This document shows positions 50,966 through 64,000 of a stretch of 64,000 nucleotides of DNA, one piece after another; positions within the stretch are counted from its first letter, which is position 1, and every line of letters starts with the position of its first letter. The notes below the pieces were generated by a model, which did not search any database, was not told where the DNA came from, and was given only the letters and a program-made list of their open reading frames with translations. Location: contig NC_087437.1 of NCBI RefSeq assembly GCF_036321535.1, positions 52,392,001 to 52,456,000 on the forward strand, written 5' to 3'. Both the position numbers and the translations under genes were made by a program. Source of the DNA: Camelus dromedarius (taxonomy: Eukaryota).

Positions 50966-53690
50966 TAAATAAAAATGCTGTAAATGGCATAAGGATTGAT
51001 GCTCTAACCACTATCAATATTGGATAGGGAGTTGTGGGGGATCAGTATACATTAGGTCCTTACCCTAATCAGACCCAGGCAATGGCAAAAGAAGTAAAAA
51101 TAGGATGAAACTATGGCTTTGGAAATAAATATGATGATTGTTAATTATACCTTTATGCTTGTAGAACTTAACCATAGTATTACCCAATTTCTTCTTATAT
51201 GGCTTTGTCTTACTTTCCAAAATGAATTTTCACAAGACAAATTCTATCTCTTCATTGACTTCCAGTAGGTTCATTCTTAGAGAAGACATTTTATTACCAA
51301 TTAGTGTCTCGGTTTACTCCTAATAGCCCCCCATCGCTAATGGGTGATGAGTTTACCTACCAGAAAAGTATGCCTTGGAAGCAAACTGGACTGGGCGGGG
51401 CATCATCCCAGGGAGTTAAACAAGTCCTCCAATGTGCTTTATTACCTGGCCCATCCAGAGTACATGGAGTACGTGCTTCTCTGGTGTTTTATAAACAGAG
51501 ACACTCCACTCATCAGACAGCAGAGAATATCTTAATTAAAGCACAGGGATTTTTGCAGTTTCTAAGGAATGATAAATCAGAGACTTTTACCCTGTTGCCC
51601 GAAGTTCTAACACGCTCTCTACAACCCACAAACTTAGCTCTCCCCACTGTGTGTCTTTAAATAGCCTGGCTTGCCCCTGTAGTTTTTTGGGTTTTCTGAG
51701 GAATTATTATATAAGTAAAGTGTTCGATCTTAGAGAAAATAAGAGGCTAACTTCATGACATTTCCTATGTTCTTTCATATGTACTCAGGTAAATTAATTC
51801 CCTTAGAACTGTTAAAACTATTGCCTATCCATACAAGTACATGTAGGTATTGGTTACTGGATAAGAAATCTTTGAGATATTTTCTTCTATCAGATTCAGA
51901 AAAAGACTTAGACCCTTTTGTGAAATGAAAGAGAATAACAGTGAGTACTCTCCAGGAATGTTTTCAAACTTTACAATATGGTTACATTCACAGCTTTGCT
52001 TCCTTTACAATAAAACTGTATGTACCACAACTTTGAAAAGCAGTCTTTAGTGAGAGTATTAAGTCACAAGCCATTGAGAGTATAACTGTATATACTTGGA
52101 AAACATCAAATTCTAAACAGATTTTAGTTGAATGCTTCCACAGTATCACTTCTCGGCCAGTGCCACACTTTCTGAGTACCCACCATATGCACAGCACTGT
52201 GTAGTACAACTAAGGACCCACAGTTGGTATCCTCATGTGTACAAACTCACTTTTATTAATGCATGCAGCATTAACATTGAACTCAGAAAAGGTTCTCTTA
52301 GAGCAAAAATATGAAAAGGAGAGGAAGGGGAGGGGGAAGAATGGAAGGGAAGAACTTCGTGCATTGGACTCTTTCAGTATTCATAAATTCCTCCACGTTT
52401 TTCTCCCAGCATGAAATTTTACCTCTCCTTAAATAGCTCAAAATCTGCTACCTTTGCTAGTTCTAGAATTTTTCAGTTATTTACAGACTGATTTGTCTCT
52501 GGCTCATGGTAATAGAGTATTTATAAACTAACGAGGGACACACTGGAAAAGTAACAGATTTGAACCTAAGCCCCTGTCCTGTGGTCTTGGAATAAGTCAC
52601 TGAATTTCCCGAAACCTCAGCTTACACATCTAAACAATGAAGAGAATCATGTCTTCTCTTCTTTGTGCAATTTTGGTGAGGATCAAATAAAATAAAAATA
52701 AAAATAAAAATGCAAGTGCATTGTGAACTGTAAAGAACTGTTTGATTGTAAGATGTTATTATTCACCTCCCACAAAGCTATCAAAATTAAGCCTCCTTTG
52801 GGTTATTACACTCTGGATGCTTTTTCTGATGAACTCCTGAGATGGATAAGATGGCAGCTAGGGAACGCCTATTAATTGTGTTTTGACTTTATCCTCTCCC
52901 AGTGGGCAAGAACTGATTGTTTAGGACATAGTTTTGCTTTTTGATAGCATTCTTGTACCTGTGGTTTCGCATCCTGCCCACTCACAAAATCCTCTCTGCA
53001 TCAGCCGTCAATCAATGGTTGTCAGCTGCTGGTTGTCAGCTGCTGGTCGCCACCTTCCCCCAGAACTGTCAGTCAAGAGAGCTGCCAAGAGCCCAGCTGA
53101 CTCCATCCTGAGAGAAGATGCTTCATCTGTTTCTCATCCGCAGCATATATAGAACAGATGAACAAAGCAACCAATTTCAGCACAATATTAGATTCTGCCA
53201 AAGCTATTTCTTCATTCCTAGACAATAACCCGTTTCTCCAAGTAGGCAATTATTGCTCCTGGTTTTCAATTCCATTTGATATAAGTCTTTAAAAAACATT
53301 TTAGCCTGGACCCAGATCCCAGCAGCTAGGTGGTCATGTGCCCTGCTTCTGAGCTCCTCCACAACCCTCTGCCCTTGTCCCATTCTGGTTTCCTTTTGAG
53401 TACCACTGGGACCACCCAGAAACTCAGAGGCTGGCAGTTGCAAAGACACATAGTTCACTATAGGGATAGACTCTTCTCCCTAAAGAGTAATGTCATCATG
53501 AACAAGTAGGCGCTAGGCCCAGGCTGGGCCCTGATGTGGGGAGGCAGTGAAGAGGACTCATGTGCCAATCAGGAGTTGGCCTTGTCAACCTCTAGGGCCT
53601 CTCTGGCCAGAACCTGTGATTTCCCACTACTTGGCCCCTCAGCATCCTGCTTCTCTGTTCCTCAAGTGAGGCTGGAACTGGCTCAACTTC

Positions 53691-54113
53691 TTTTTTTACT
53701 TTATAAAAATTGTGGTAAAATATTCATATTTACATCTTAACCATTTTTAAATGTAAAATTCAGTGGCATAAATTTCCTTCACAGTGTTGTAAAACTGTCA
53801 CCACTGTCTGTTTTCAAAATTTTTCATTACCTCATTAAGCAGTAACTTCCCATTCTGTCTTCCCCACAGCCCCTGGTAAATCTGTGTTCTACTTTCTGTC
53901 TCAAACAATTTGGCCTAGTCTAGATATTTCATTGAAGTAGAATCATACAGTTGTTGTCACTAGTTGTCTTTTTGTGTCTGGTTTGTTGCACTTAGCATGT
54001 TTTTAAGGTTCATCTCTGTTGTCGCATGGGTCAGAACTTCATTCCTTTTTATGGCTGAATAATATTCTGTTGTAAGGCTATACCCCATTTTATTTATCCA
54101 TTCATCTCTTAAT
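53691..54113 (-). mobile_element. L1MA/MB-type 3' end
   Basis: tgtggtaaaata...ccattttta...cagccc ctggtaa...cttcattcctttttatggctgaataatattc. Flanking tcaacttc repeat. Confidence 0.8.
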
Positions 54114-55609
54114 TCAACTTCATTTTGACACCTATATTATGGGACGGGAGAGAAACAAAGTTTGGGTACAAGAACTTCAGTCTGTTGACTGAATAACTGA
54201 GAGACCGGAGAAGACAGAAACCTTCTAATGTTACAGCCTTCCCCAGGCCTTATCTGGGATATAAAGAGGATCCCATTCATGGTAATAACCCAAGTGTCAC
54301 TGTGTCTTTTTTTTATCTGCTTACACAAGACTTTAGTACCTTCTCCCTCCCTCCACCCGCCACATGCATTTTGCAGAAATCCTCAGTGAGGAGTGGGGCT
54401 CTCAGATAGCCTCATATTAACGTCTGCCCTGCTTTCCACTGACTTTGGCTGGAACAGCAATCTTCCACCTAGCTTCTGCTGGACATTACTTTATTGGTTA
54501 ACACTTTTCTGCTAAAAGACTGTAGTCCCCAGCTGGCATCTGTTGATGCTGTGTATCCTTAAGGCACTACCATCACTCACCAGGAGCTACTGATTTTTGC
54601 TTTAACTGAAGCTCTGGACTTCTCAAGATACCAAAGTTGTGCATTGTTCTGTTTATGCAATGAATTATTCCTTTCTCTGTTGAGTTATATTTTGTTAAAG
54701 GTCACAAGTAGTGCTGGCTATGGCCCAAGGTTTTACAGGTATTTCAGTGAAACAATGAGAAATGCCTCTGCACTCCTTATGTTGGTGGCTTTGTTACAGG
54801 TCAAGATCACACAGGACTCCCCCTTCCCTGGTGTTTTCTCTCAGAGACTCCTTAATCTCTATGCAAATTGGCTTCAGCCTGCCCACCCTCCATTTCTTCA
54901 GATCTGCCTAGACATGTCTAAATTGCAGATTAAGTGCAAATTGGAACACCTATTATATAAAGATTCTAAGTATCTGTGACAGAACTATTAATATCTACCT
55001 GCAACATGATACCTTTGGGGAAAACACATTATTAATCAGTACCTGGTGTTTTCCCACACATCCTGTTCCCTCCTTATAGGAGGGAACTTCTTTTGGGAAA
55101 TATGCTTTCTTAATAAGTTTGAATCTTCAGAAGGTTCTCTTTAGGTTTCACATGCCCATAAACTAGATGTTAAGAGGTTTATTTCCTCTAGAATTTACAA
55201 AATCTGATCTGTGATATCAATTCCTCACCACCAGAGGGAGGTATTCCTTTTCCTGGTCCCTTCTTAAGGCATTGGACTTGGATCCAGTGACGTTTTTCAC
55301 AAAATAAGATGCTTTAAGGCCCACATTTAGGGCTCTCCCTTACCCTTTTAGGTCCAGCTGCTCTTAATTGTCAGTCTTTGGCCTCCTAAAGCTCAAATGC
55401 TCTTCCTACTTCATGACTTTGATCTGATGGCTGAGAGAACAATATTACCTGGGGTTCAACCAAACCTACATTTACTGCTTAGATATGGTCAAAGACTGTT
55501 AACCAAACAATGGGCAGAGCATTCTAGATCTTGACTTTCTGATGACATTGTTTGGCAGGTTTGGTGCCTGAAAGTTGACTCACAGAAATCTCTCGCCAAT
55601 GGTCAGTCT

Positions 55610-55610
<1 letters not shown>

Positions 55611-55651
<41 letters not shown>

Positions 55652-55659
55652 TGATTGAT
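55611..55659. repeat. (TAGA)10 microsatellite followed by (TTGA)2
   Basis: Read directly from the sequence. Confidence 0.95.
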
Positions 55660-57009
55660 CTAACATATTATAAACAGATTTGCAGGATAACTACTTTCTA
55701 AATAATTGCAATATAATTTCCTCCATAAAAATAAATGAGAAACAGCAAATCTGGGGAGAAAACTTCTGTAATTTTACAATTACTTAACCATAACTTTTTC
55801 CTTGATTTAGAGAGATCATTTTTAACATGAATCTAAAAGTAATAGAATAGCTCTAGAAGAAGATGATTAAAAAAAGAAACATTTAGCTACATATCTAGTC
55901 TAAACTGGAGATTTTTCTTAGATAAATTTGTTAGCTTCTTGGAATGGTAGTGTATACATAATTTGAAGAAGCAGCTCCTTTAGCTGTTTCTTTAGAAATG
56001 ACCTATAGACTATATGTCTGCAGAGACTTTCCTACCTCCTAAAACATAGTTAAAATTGGTCTGAAATTCCATGCTTATGGAAAGGCCAATGTCCTTTTTA
56101 ACACTTCCATGAATTCCTGGGAGGTTTATAATTTCATGGACATTCTGGCCCTGCTTTCCTAAAATTCTTGCTCCCTACCCTCATCCCTGGCATCTGGTGG
56201 TTGCTTCTTTATCTTTGTCCTGTCATTGACCTAAATATGAAGTTCCTCACCTTTCCTTGATTTAAAAAACAAACAAACAAATAAAAACACTCATCCAACA
56301 TCAAGGTGAATGTCAGAAACTTTACTGAAGGTTTAGGAAATTGGAAGAGGCTTACATTTCGAACAGCTTAATTATATATTAGATATCCATCCTCTCCTAA
56401 AATTTTTGTCCAACTGCTAAGTTGTTTGGCCATGATCTTTCTCCTCCTCGTCTTTTTTCTGTCCTTGCCCTCACCCCCATATTCCTGTGTAAGTCCCCAT
56501 ATTTTTATTCCCATCTCCTGCTGTTCATGCCCCTTGGATCTTCTACTCCAGACATTTTCTCAAGATATCTTCATAAACAAAGCCTAGGAGGAATTCTGGT
56601 CCCATGTGAAGATGATCATATGCTCACTGACATATGCATGTACCATGTGGTTAGCAGAGCTGTTCTCTCTGACCAGGCTGTCTCAGCCACCATCTTGACT
56701 TAAAATTGAGCTCTTTTGTTCTGGAGATGATTGCTAGTATGCCAGCTGTGGTGTGTCTTGTGACCAGTACTGCAGAAAATTGGGAAAGACAGCATCAAAT
56801 ATTGGACTAAATACAGAAAATGGGGTGAGGTATGGGGTGGAATGTGCGGATACACTAGCATGAGACATTTTGCTACCAACTAATATTTATTGAACATCTA
56901 TTCTACAAGTTTCATGTACAAAAGGGGAAATCTTGTACATGACCCTATGGTTGTATCAGGGATTAAAAACTCCTAGAGTAGTAACAAAATCTGATTTGTC
57001 ATCACCCAG

Positions 57010-57119
57010 GCCGAATGGAGAGAAGAAGTGAAAAAACACTTTGAGAAGATCAAAAGTGAAGGAACTTGTATACATCGATTAGACGAAGAACTGATTCGAA
57101 GGCGCAGAGAAGAGCTCAG
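57010..57119 (+). CDS. MAP3K13: MAP3K13 exon 8, first leucine-zipper region, 110 nt
   Basis: cacccag|[43 protein letters not shown]. Donor AG|gtcagc. Confidence 0.97.
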
Positions 57120-57892
57120 GTCAGCTGATCTCTGTTTCTTCACCTCTTTTTATTCCCAGATTTTCAGATATTAGCAGGAACCCTCTTTGTGAATCATTTC
57201 ACTTTCTACAGACCTTTCATCGCTGCTGGTTTTTGTTATTCTCTTTAAAAGTTGCCCTAAAAGTTGGTCCTCCTTTATATCACTTTCTTACTGTCTCCCC
57301 CGACCTTGTTATCCTCCTTTGTTGTATCTCTGCAACAGAGAGCCGTGGAGCAATGCTATTTGTTTATTCAGCCGCTGTCCTAGGTAGTATGAAAGGTCAG
57401 AAATTTATAAGATATAGTCCCTGGCCTCAAGATGCTTATAATCTGTCAAGGGATAGAACACATGTTCAGAGAGAACTACTATTTTAGACAGGATCTGTAC
57501 GATATGAGTGATTGTGGTGTCAGCTTTAATTGCATAATTCCCCTAACATATGAGTGTACTAAACTGTGTTCTTATTAAGATATTGCCAGCACTGCACAAA
57601 GGCTATAAATTATATACAAATTGCATTCGGATTTCATCCGTGGCCCTCATGGCTGTTCTGAATGGCTGAATGTGGCCCTTAATGAAAAACTAAGTGGAAA
57701 ACTTGGGTTTCCCATCTCACACTCCATCATGCCTGAGGCATTGCATTAGACAAGAGGGTCTTAAATTTAGAGTGCCCTTGGGCAAATGCTTTTAAGATAA
57801 ACTGTCCTGTTCTTCTTTAATTAGAGCTGACCTTAGTTCTCCCCCACGTTAACTGGGTTAATCGACTTCGCTGCTCCTGTTTTCTTTGACAG

Positions 57893-58009
57893 GCATGCTT
57901 TGGATATTCGTGAACACTACGAGAGAAAACTTGAGCGGGCTAATAATTTGTACATGGAATTGAGTGCCATCATGCTGCAGCTGGAAATGCGGGAAAAGGA
58001 GCTCATCAA
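57893..58009 (+). CDS. MAP3K13: MAP3K13 exon 9, second leucine-zipper region, 117 nt
   Basis: ttgacag|[46 protein letters not shown] with heptad leucines. Donor AA|gtacgt. Confidence 0.97.
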
Positions 58010-58678
58010 GTACGTACCTAGCCCACTATCTGTCCTGTCAGTCAGCAGAGGTGTACTACTCCTCCAGGTCACTGCTACTCAGAGCTGGAAACTTATTCAC
58101 TCACCCAGTGCGCCTTAGAGGATGTGCTGTGCACAGCCCGCTGCCCCAGTGAGGCTTACAGCCGAGTGCAGTTGCCACAAAGCTAGTTCTAGGGGACCGT
58201 GCGCTTGACAGGCATTTGCAACTTCAACCTGCTGAATGGCTCAGGGAGGGTGGTCCTCGTTTCAAGAAGAGCTTGATGTGGATGAGTGGGACCCACTGCC
58301 CCCTGGGGAAGCAAGGCGGCTCCTGCCAGTGGTTCAAGGTATTCCTGAGAATGGCAAGAAACCCTGGGGCCCTGACCAAAACAGCAGCAACTGAAAATAA
58401 GTAGGACTTCAGTGCTTTGTGTCTCTCATGAGGCACGTTGGGGAAGGGACGGTTGGCCTCCAAGTCCATCTGCCAGCTGAAGAAAACAATGAAGTCAGGT
58501 TAGTTTGGATTTAGTAATTTTTTTCCCCTTTTTAACCTGAATAGCAGCCTTGTTATTCAGATAGCCTGTATCTATTAAGTGTGGCCGGAATCTGTGGGTG
58601 GAGTTAGCCTGTGAAAACATCATGCCCATCTTTTCTGTTTGCCTTGACGGAGACCTGGCTTTTTCTTTCATTCTTCAG

Positions 58679-58816
58679 GCGTGAACAAGCAGTGGAGAAG
58701 AAGTATCCTGGGACCTACAAACGACATCCCGTCCGTCCAATAATCCACCCCAACACCATGGAGAAGCTCATGAAGAGGAAAGGCGTGCCTCACAGACCTG
58801 GGATGCAGGCCAAACG
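58679..58816 (+). CDS. MAP3K13: MAP3K13 exon 10, 138 nt
   Basis: ttcttcag|G CGT GAA; REQAVEKKYPGTYKRHPVRPIIHPNTMEKLMKRKGVPHRPGMQAKR. Donor CG|gtgagc. Confidence 0.97.
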
Positions 58817-60517
58817 GTGAGCACCTGTACTGACCTGATCGGACAAGTGGGAAAATAGCCCCTAAAATACATTATCAGGTGATGAATGTGGCCATGCTGT
58901 ACCGCATCGTCAGCACACTTGCCTCTAGATGTAGAGTAGAAAGATGGGAAAGAGTGTGTCATGGACTCCAGAATCTAGTTTTTCCTCTCTGAGGCATTGA
59001 TATTTATTCTCTTAGCATGGAATAGTGAAAAGAGAAATAAACTAGGGGCCAGACAGACCTGGATTCAAATCCTGACTCTGTCTGTTAGAAGCTGTGATTT
59101 GGGCCATGTCACTTGACCTCTTTCAACCCAATGGGTAAAATGGTATACAGCACCTGACATTTCTTTTTCGTTTTCTGACCCCTCACGCACAGAACTGAGT
59201 ACACCATAATTCTTGATTTGTGCAACACTGGTCCATGCATGGCCCACTTTCATTTATTCGGTTAGTTGGTTCTTTTTAATAATGTAACAAGTGCCTGTAA
59301 ATTCACCACCAAAAACGAAAGCAGACACTTTGATAATCACTGATATTTAATGATATAGTTCCCTCATCCCACTCCCATGTGGGACTTCTGTGAAGTTTAA
59401 ATAAGACAACATGTGAAATCACCTAGTAAATCACAGTTGCTCAAAAAATGTTTTTAAATTTATTTTAAAGATTCCCTTTCCCCTAATTATAGCACATTTT
59501 CCTTACATTAGTTTAATCTTAAAATGCTGTTCCAGCCAGTTTTTATTACCAAGATCTGCTAGAGCCTCATTCCTCCCAAATAATGAAGAGTTGACTCTAT
59601 CCTAAATTAATGTAAAAGAAAGAAATGTTCCTTAACCTGAGGTGTAGACCTGTCAGTGAGACTTGAGCTAAATGCTGTAAGAATAAAGGTAATGAGAAAT
59701 GTGTTTTAAAGCTTTCAGAACGGTGACTGTTCCCCCAGTGCAGGACTAATATAAACCTCAACCACAGAGGAGTAACTACATGGATTAATTCCAGTGTTGC
59801 CTTTACTTGCCGTGCCCGACCATCCTCTGGCCAAGCTCTGAGAAATTGTTTTCAGATGGCACCTGACAAAACCCCAAGAATCCCAGCACCTCTCTTCTTT
59901 TGGTGGACTAATTAGGCACAGGTTTCATCTGCTGGCTCCTCCCTGCTTTCTGCCAGCAGTTAAAACTAGGAGCACTGGGAGAGAGAATAGTACTGTTTAA
60001 TTTTTCAACATATGAGCTTGTGTTCACTTTTCCTTTGTGAGAAATGTGTTTGAAAGAGTTTGACAGCAGCAGTGGATGCTTAGCCGACAAGCTCGACGTG
60101 TCCAGGAAGGCGACCTGGAGTGGGTACTAGAGCTGCCAAGAGCTGTGCTTTCAGTTGATTGCCCCTGGGAGGATTTATGTTTCAGATTATTTGGACAGTC
60201 CAGTGACTGTCAAGTCAGAAGGCCAGTGACCTCCGAGGCGATCAGGGAGGAGAAACCATCCACTGTCCTTTAGCCTGGGTTTCAGTGTGCGTTTAGTCAG
60301 GGACTGAAAAGAAGAGAGCCGGATTCAATTATGGATCCACTAAGCCCATCACAGTGAGTATAGTCCAGTAAGACAGCCTGAGTACCTCATAACATGAGGA
60401 AGCTTGGAATGAGAGAACTAACCCTTGGTGTCCAAAGACTTGGGTTCAAGTTGTGAGTTCTGCCATTAACTAGCTTTGTGATGGATGTAAGCCAACTAAC
60501 CTCAATGTAATGTTTCA

Positions 60518-60830
60518 ACACATGTATATATTACAAAATGATCACCACAGTAAGTCTGATTAACATCTGTCACCACACATAGTTACACATTTTTTTCTTG
60601 TGATGAGAAATTTTAAGATTTACTCTCTTAGCAACTTTCAAATATACAATACAGTGTTAGTAACTATACTTACCAGACTGTACATTATATTCACAGCTGG
60701 AAGTTTGTACCTTTTGACCCTCTTCATCCATTTCGCCAACCTCCTACTCCCACCCCTCACCACTGGCAGCCACCAACCTGTTTTCTTACTATATCTGTTT
60801 TATATACTGGGTTTCTCATGATATTTCACT
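60518..60830 (-). mobile_element. L1 3' UTR fragment (L1MA-like) nested in MIR
   Basis: gtgatgagaaattttaagatttactctcttagcaactttcaaatatacaatacag. Confidence 0.75.
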
Positions 60831-61884
60831 TGAGTAAAGGATTCTGTTGTTTAATAATTAAAAAAAAAGAGTTTAGGCCCTCTAGCTCTGAAATCTCCAA
60901 CTGATTTGTGTGTGATTGGTCCCAAAGAAGGTGGGGCTGCTCTCTGGTGGGAAGGAGGTAGTGATACAACCTGGTATCTGAGCACCTCCCCCTGAATCGG
61001 TTCATCAGTTCAGAAACCATTTATTGGTTGCCTGTATGCCTTGGAGTCGGTATGTGTGAGGTTTGCCTGCAGGCTCTGGTTTCCTCTTGCACGTGATCCA
61101 CATGAGTAGCCCAGCGGGCTGGGAGAGGCCCTCCTCCCTTTAGGAAGACAGTAGAATGCCAAGGTCACTGCTCACGAGCCCTTCTCTTGCTGGCTCTGCA
61201 AAGCCTCCTGGACTCTCCATTTCTCCCTCCTCTGTCCCCACCCACTTCTGCCCTTTCCTTAAACGTTTATTGAGTACCTGATGAGCAAGGGGCCTTGCTA
61301 GTGTCCTCCACATGCAGAGGTGGGTATGACTTAGTCCCAGCCCTTAAGGAGTCCACGTCTAGACCAAACTCCCTGAACTTAGCCTCTTGCCTAATTAATT
61401 GAGATTTCCTTCTCTGGTCCCAGATCTCTGTCCTTTGTGATCCCTTGTAGGATCTCTCCAGATCCATCATCAGACAGATTCTGATTGTGGGCAAACACCC
61501 ATGCCTATGCCTTGGCAAACTGGCACCAAGCTGAGAGCTGACACTAGGAGGAAGAAGTCAAGAAGCCTGTGGGGTAGAGTTAGAATTTAAAGGGGATTGA
61601 GTACCTCAGCTAGTGAGGCACAGAGGAAAATTGAGAAGGAGTAAAGGGAATCCTCTGTAAGTGGACATTTAGGTTGTTTCTAACTTTGTGCTATTTTAAA
61701 CAATGCTGTAACATAACGTCTTCCAACATACGTCTTTGTGCACATCCATTAGTTCCGTTGGATAAATCCCTGTGTCTGTAACTACTGACTCAAAGAGTAT
61801 GTGTATTTTAAGGCCTGGGATTTATTTCCCCAAACTTGAATGTATTCTCACATGTTTAAAACCAACCTTGTTCTTTTCTTCCAG

Positions 61885-62671
61885 GCCAGATCTGTTGAGA
61901 TCGGAAGGTATCCCCAGTACAGAAGTGGCTCCCACCGCATCCCCTTTGTCTGGAAGTCCCAAAATGTCCACTTCCAGCAGCAAGAGCCGGTATCGGAGCA
62001 AACCCCGTCACCGCCGAGGGAATAGCCGAGGCAGCCATAGTGACTTTGCGGCAATCTTGAAAAACCAGCCAGCCCAGGAAAATTCACCCCACCCCACTTA
62101 CCTACACCAGGCTCAGCCCCAGTACCCCTCTCCCCATCACCATGATCCTCTGCCGCAGCAATACCAGCAACCCCCTCCTGCCGCGTCCCAGACTCACCAC
62201 CCGAGACTCAGTATGCACAGCCAGGACATTGCAACCTGCGCCAACAACCTGAGGTATTTTGGCCCGGCGGCGGCCCTGAGGAGCCCACTCAGCAACCATG
62301 CTCAAAGACAGATGCCTGGCTCTAGCCCTGACCTCATCTCCACAGCCATGGCAGCAGATTGCTGGAGGAGTTCTGAGCCTGACAGGGGCCAGGCTGGCCA
62401 CCGGGACTGCTATCAGGCTGACCCTTATGACCCCTGCCTCCAGTGCAGGCCAGCACAGCGCGGGTCCCTAGACTTCCCCTCGGCTGAGCCGGTGGGGAGG
62501 AGCCCCGACCTCTTCAAGTCACCAGCACACAATCCCCACTCGGAAAATGCCCAAGGTTCTGAGAAAACGGAAGAAAACGGGTTCAGCGGCTGTAGGTCTG
62601 CGTCATCCCTTGGCACCCCTCATCACATCGCTTCCGCAGTGCTACCTCGAAAAACAAGGCCCCTTCAGAAG
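61885..62671 (+). CDS. MAP3K13: MAP3K13 exon 11, Ser/Pro/Gln-rich region, 787 nt (gene continues beyond window)
   Basis: cttccag|G CCA GAT; PDLLRSEGIPSTEVAPTASPLSGSPK...LPRKTRPLQK. Donor AAG|gtaagg. Cumulative CDS is 2430 nt with no stop. Confidence 0.97.
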
Positions 62672-63344
62672 GTAAGGCGTAGTGACAACGGCAGTGTGGC
62701 TCACTGCCTTCCAGGGATGTCAGAGCCTGTCATGTCATGTGCATTGTAAAATGTACATAGAAAGTATACATTCTGTAAAAGGATGAGATACCAAAAGCAC
62801 AAGTAGCGGTTTCTTTTACTTTTAATACTTTCCACACTGCTTAAGTGATGGACTAAGGAATATACTTTGGGAACTACTGACTCGGGGCTGCTGCAAATGA
62901 ACATAATTTATAAATAGAAAAATACCCAGATCTTAGGGAGATGTAATCAAAATAATTTGGAAACCACTACCTCGCCTAGTCCTAAGGGATGCAAGAGGGA
63001 AGGGTCCCATTATGAAACGAGTTTGGGAAACAGTATTCTCTGTCCCCACTTCGAGGCTCCTAAACACACATTAATAAACCCTAGGCTTTGAGAAATCATG
63101 CAGTAGCCTTGTTTAATCCAGCATTTCTTCCACCTATTTGACCTTTACTGCCTTTTAAAAGTAGCATCTATTAATCCCCCATGGAACTAGCTTTCTTCAC
63201 AATGTATTTTGGGAAAACATCGCCTTAATTAATAACCATCATGGCCCCGCCAGTTCTCAGTCACTGAAACCTGATCCTCTCCTCCTCGCCCACTGGCTGC
63301 CTGTGGTTTATTAGCTGGGTGGCTCTCCACCTCTCCTACCTTGT

Positions 63345-63545
63345 GCGGTTAAGAGCACAAGCTTGGGAGTCAGGTCAAAGCCAGGCTCTTCCACTTAGTA
63401 CCTTTTTGAACACCTGTTCCTTATCTATAAAATGGAAACAATAGTGGACCCTGCCTCATTGATGAATATGAAGATTAAATGAGTTAGTACATATCAAGCA
63501 TTTAGAAGAGGGCCTGGCACATAGCAACCTTCCAAAAATGTGAGC
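63345..63545. mobile_element. MIR SINE
   Basis: ggttaagagcacaagcttgggagtcag...tctataaaatgg...gaagattaaatgagtta...cctggcacatag. Confidence 0.7.
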
Positions 63546-64000
63546 TCATCTTGCTAATGTGTTAAAAGTAACAGTATGGATGAAAAGTATTTAGCACAGA
63601 AAACACCCACTCAATTCTAACTATTGTTTCACATCATCATCATCATCCATCAGGAATTCAGCTGAAGGAATGAAAGTGTCTAAAATGTAAATGAGTATGT
63701 TTTGGTCAGCTAGACAATTACTAGAAAAGAAGTTGAAGCTAAGGGCCACTGTCTCAGAACTGTATTTCTTCCTCCACATATAGTGTGCTCCTGACTGTGC
63801 ATTCCCAGAGATAAATCGTGTTTCAGATAGTGCAGTGGATTTGGGCTAATCCGTTTTCTGCTCCTCTGCCCCTAGAACCTGTAACATGTTTTTTTGGGGT
63901 GAGGGGGACAACTTTATTGAGATATAATTCACATACTATACAGTGCTTAAACTGTATGGCTCAGTTCTTTTTACTCAGAGTTCTGCAACCACCACCACAA

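Noticed and set aside
55225..55245. CTCF-like ccaccagagggag
   Set aside because: It deviates at the 3' GC positions and appears to lie in a decayed DNA-transposon region. Not supportable without data.
38856..58820. In-frame stop immediately after five donors (AAG TAG, AAG TGA, TGG TGA twice, CGG TGA)
   Set aside because: This follows automatically from phase-2 introns starting GTRR; it is not a special signal.
62102..62616. Antisense ORFs over exon 11
   Set aside because: Expected shadows of a GC-rich coding exon, with no independent support.
61772..62749. 325-aa ORF as a stand-alone gene
   Set aside because: It is exon 11 plus intronic read-through on both sides.
1..64000. A novel multi-gene system, CRISPR array or prokaryotic-type locus
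   Set aside because: All convincing coding sequence belongs to one known spliced gene or to L1. There is no repeat-spacer array and no independent gene.

Overview
Mammalian genomic DNA containing most of the MAP3K13 (LZK, leucine zipper-bearing kinase) gene on the + strand. It is probably camelid, judging by five tRNA-Ala-like SINEs resembling Vic-1. Bases 1-32575 look like a long upstream intron; no first exon could be firmly identified. Ten consecutive coding exons (32665-62671) splice at GT-AG sites into a continuous 2430-nt (810-codon) frame covering the N-terminus, the complete kinase domain, the leucine zippers and the Ser/Pro/Gln-rich region. The last exons lie beyond the window. The rest is intron filled with L1, L2, MIR, MaLR/ERVL LTR and DNA-transposon relics plus microsatellites. 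I found no evidence of a new multi-gene biological system. The best leads are a TSD-flanked candidate L1 3' transduction with a direct-inverted-direct junction (13.7-14.1 kb), uORFs at the MAP3K13 start, a perfect 76-bp duplication inside a decayed L1, and two candidate regulatory clusters (10.2-10.8 kb and 53.0-53.2 kb). Exon numbers follow the human gene from memory. Repeat family names are from recalled consensus sequences, not from a search.
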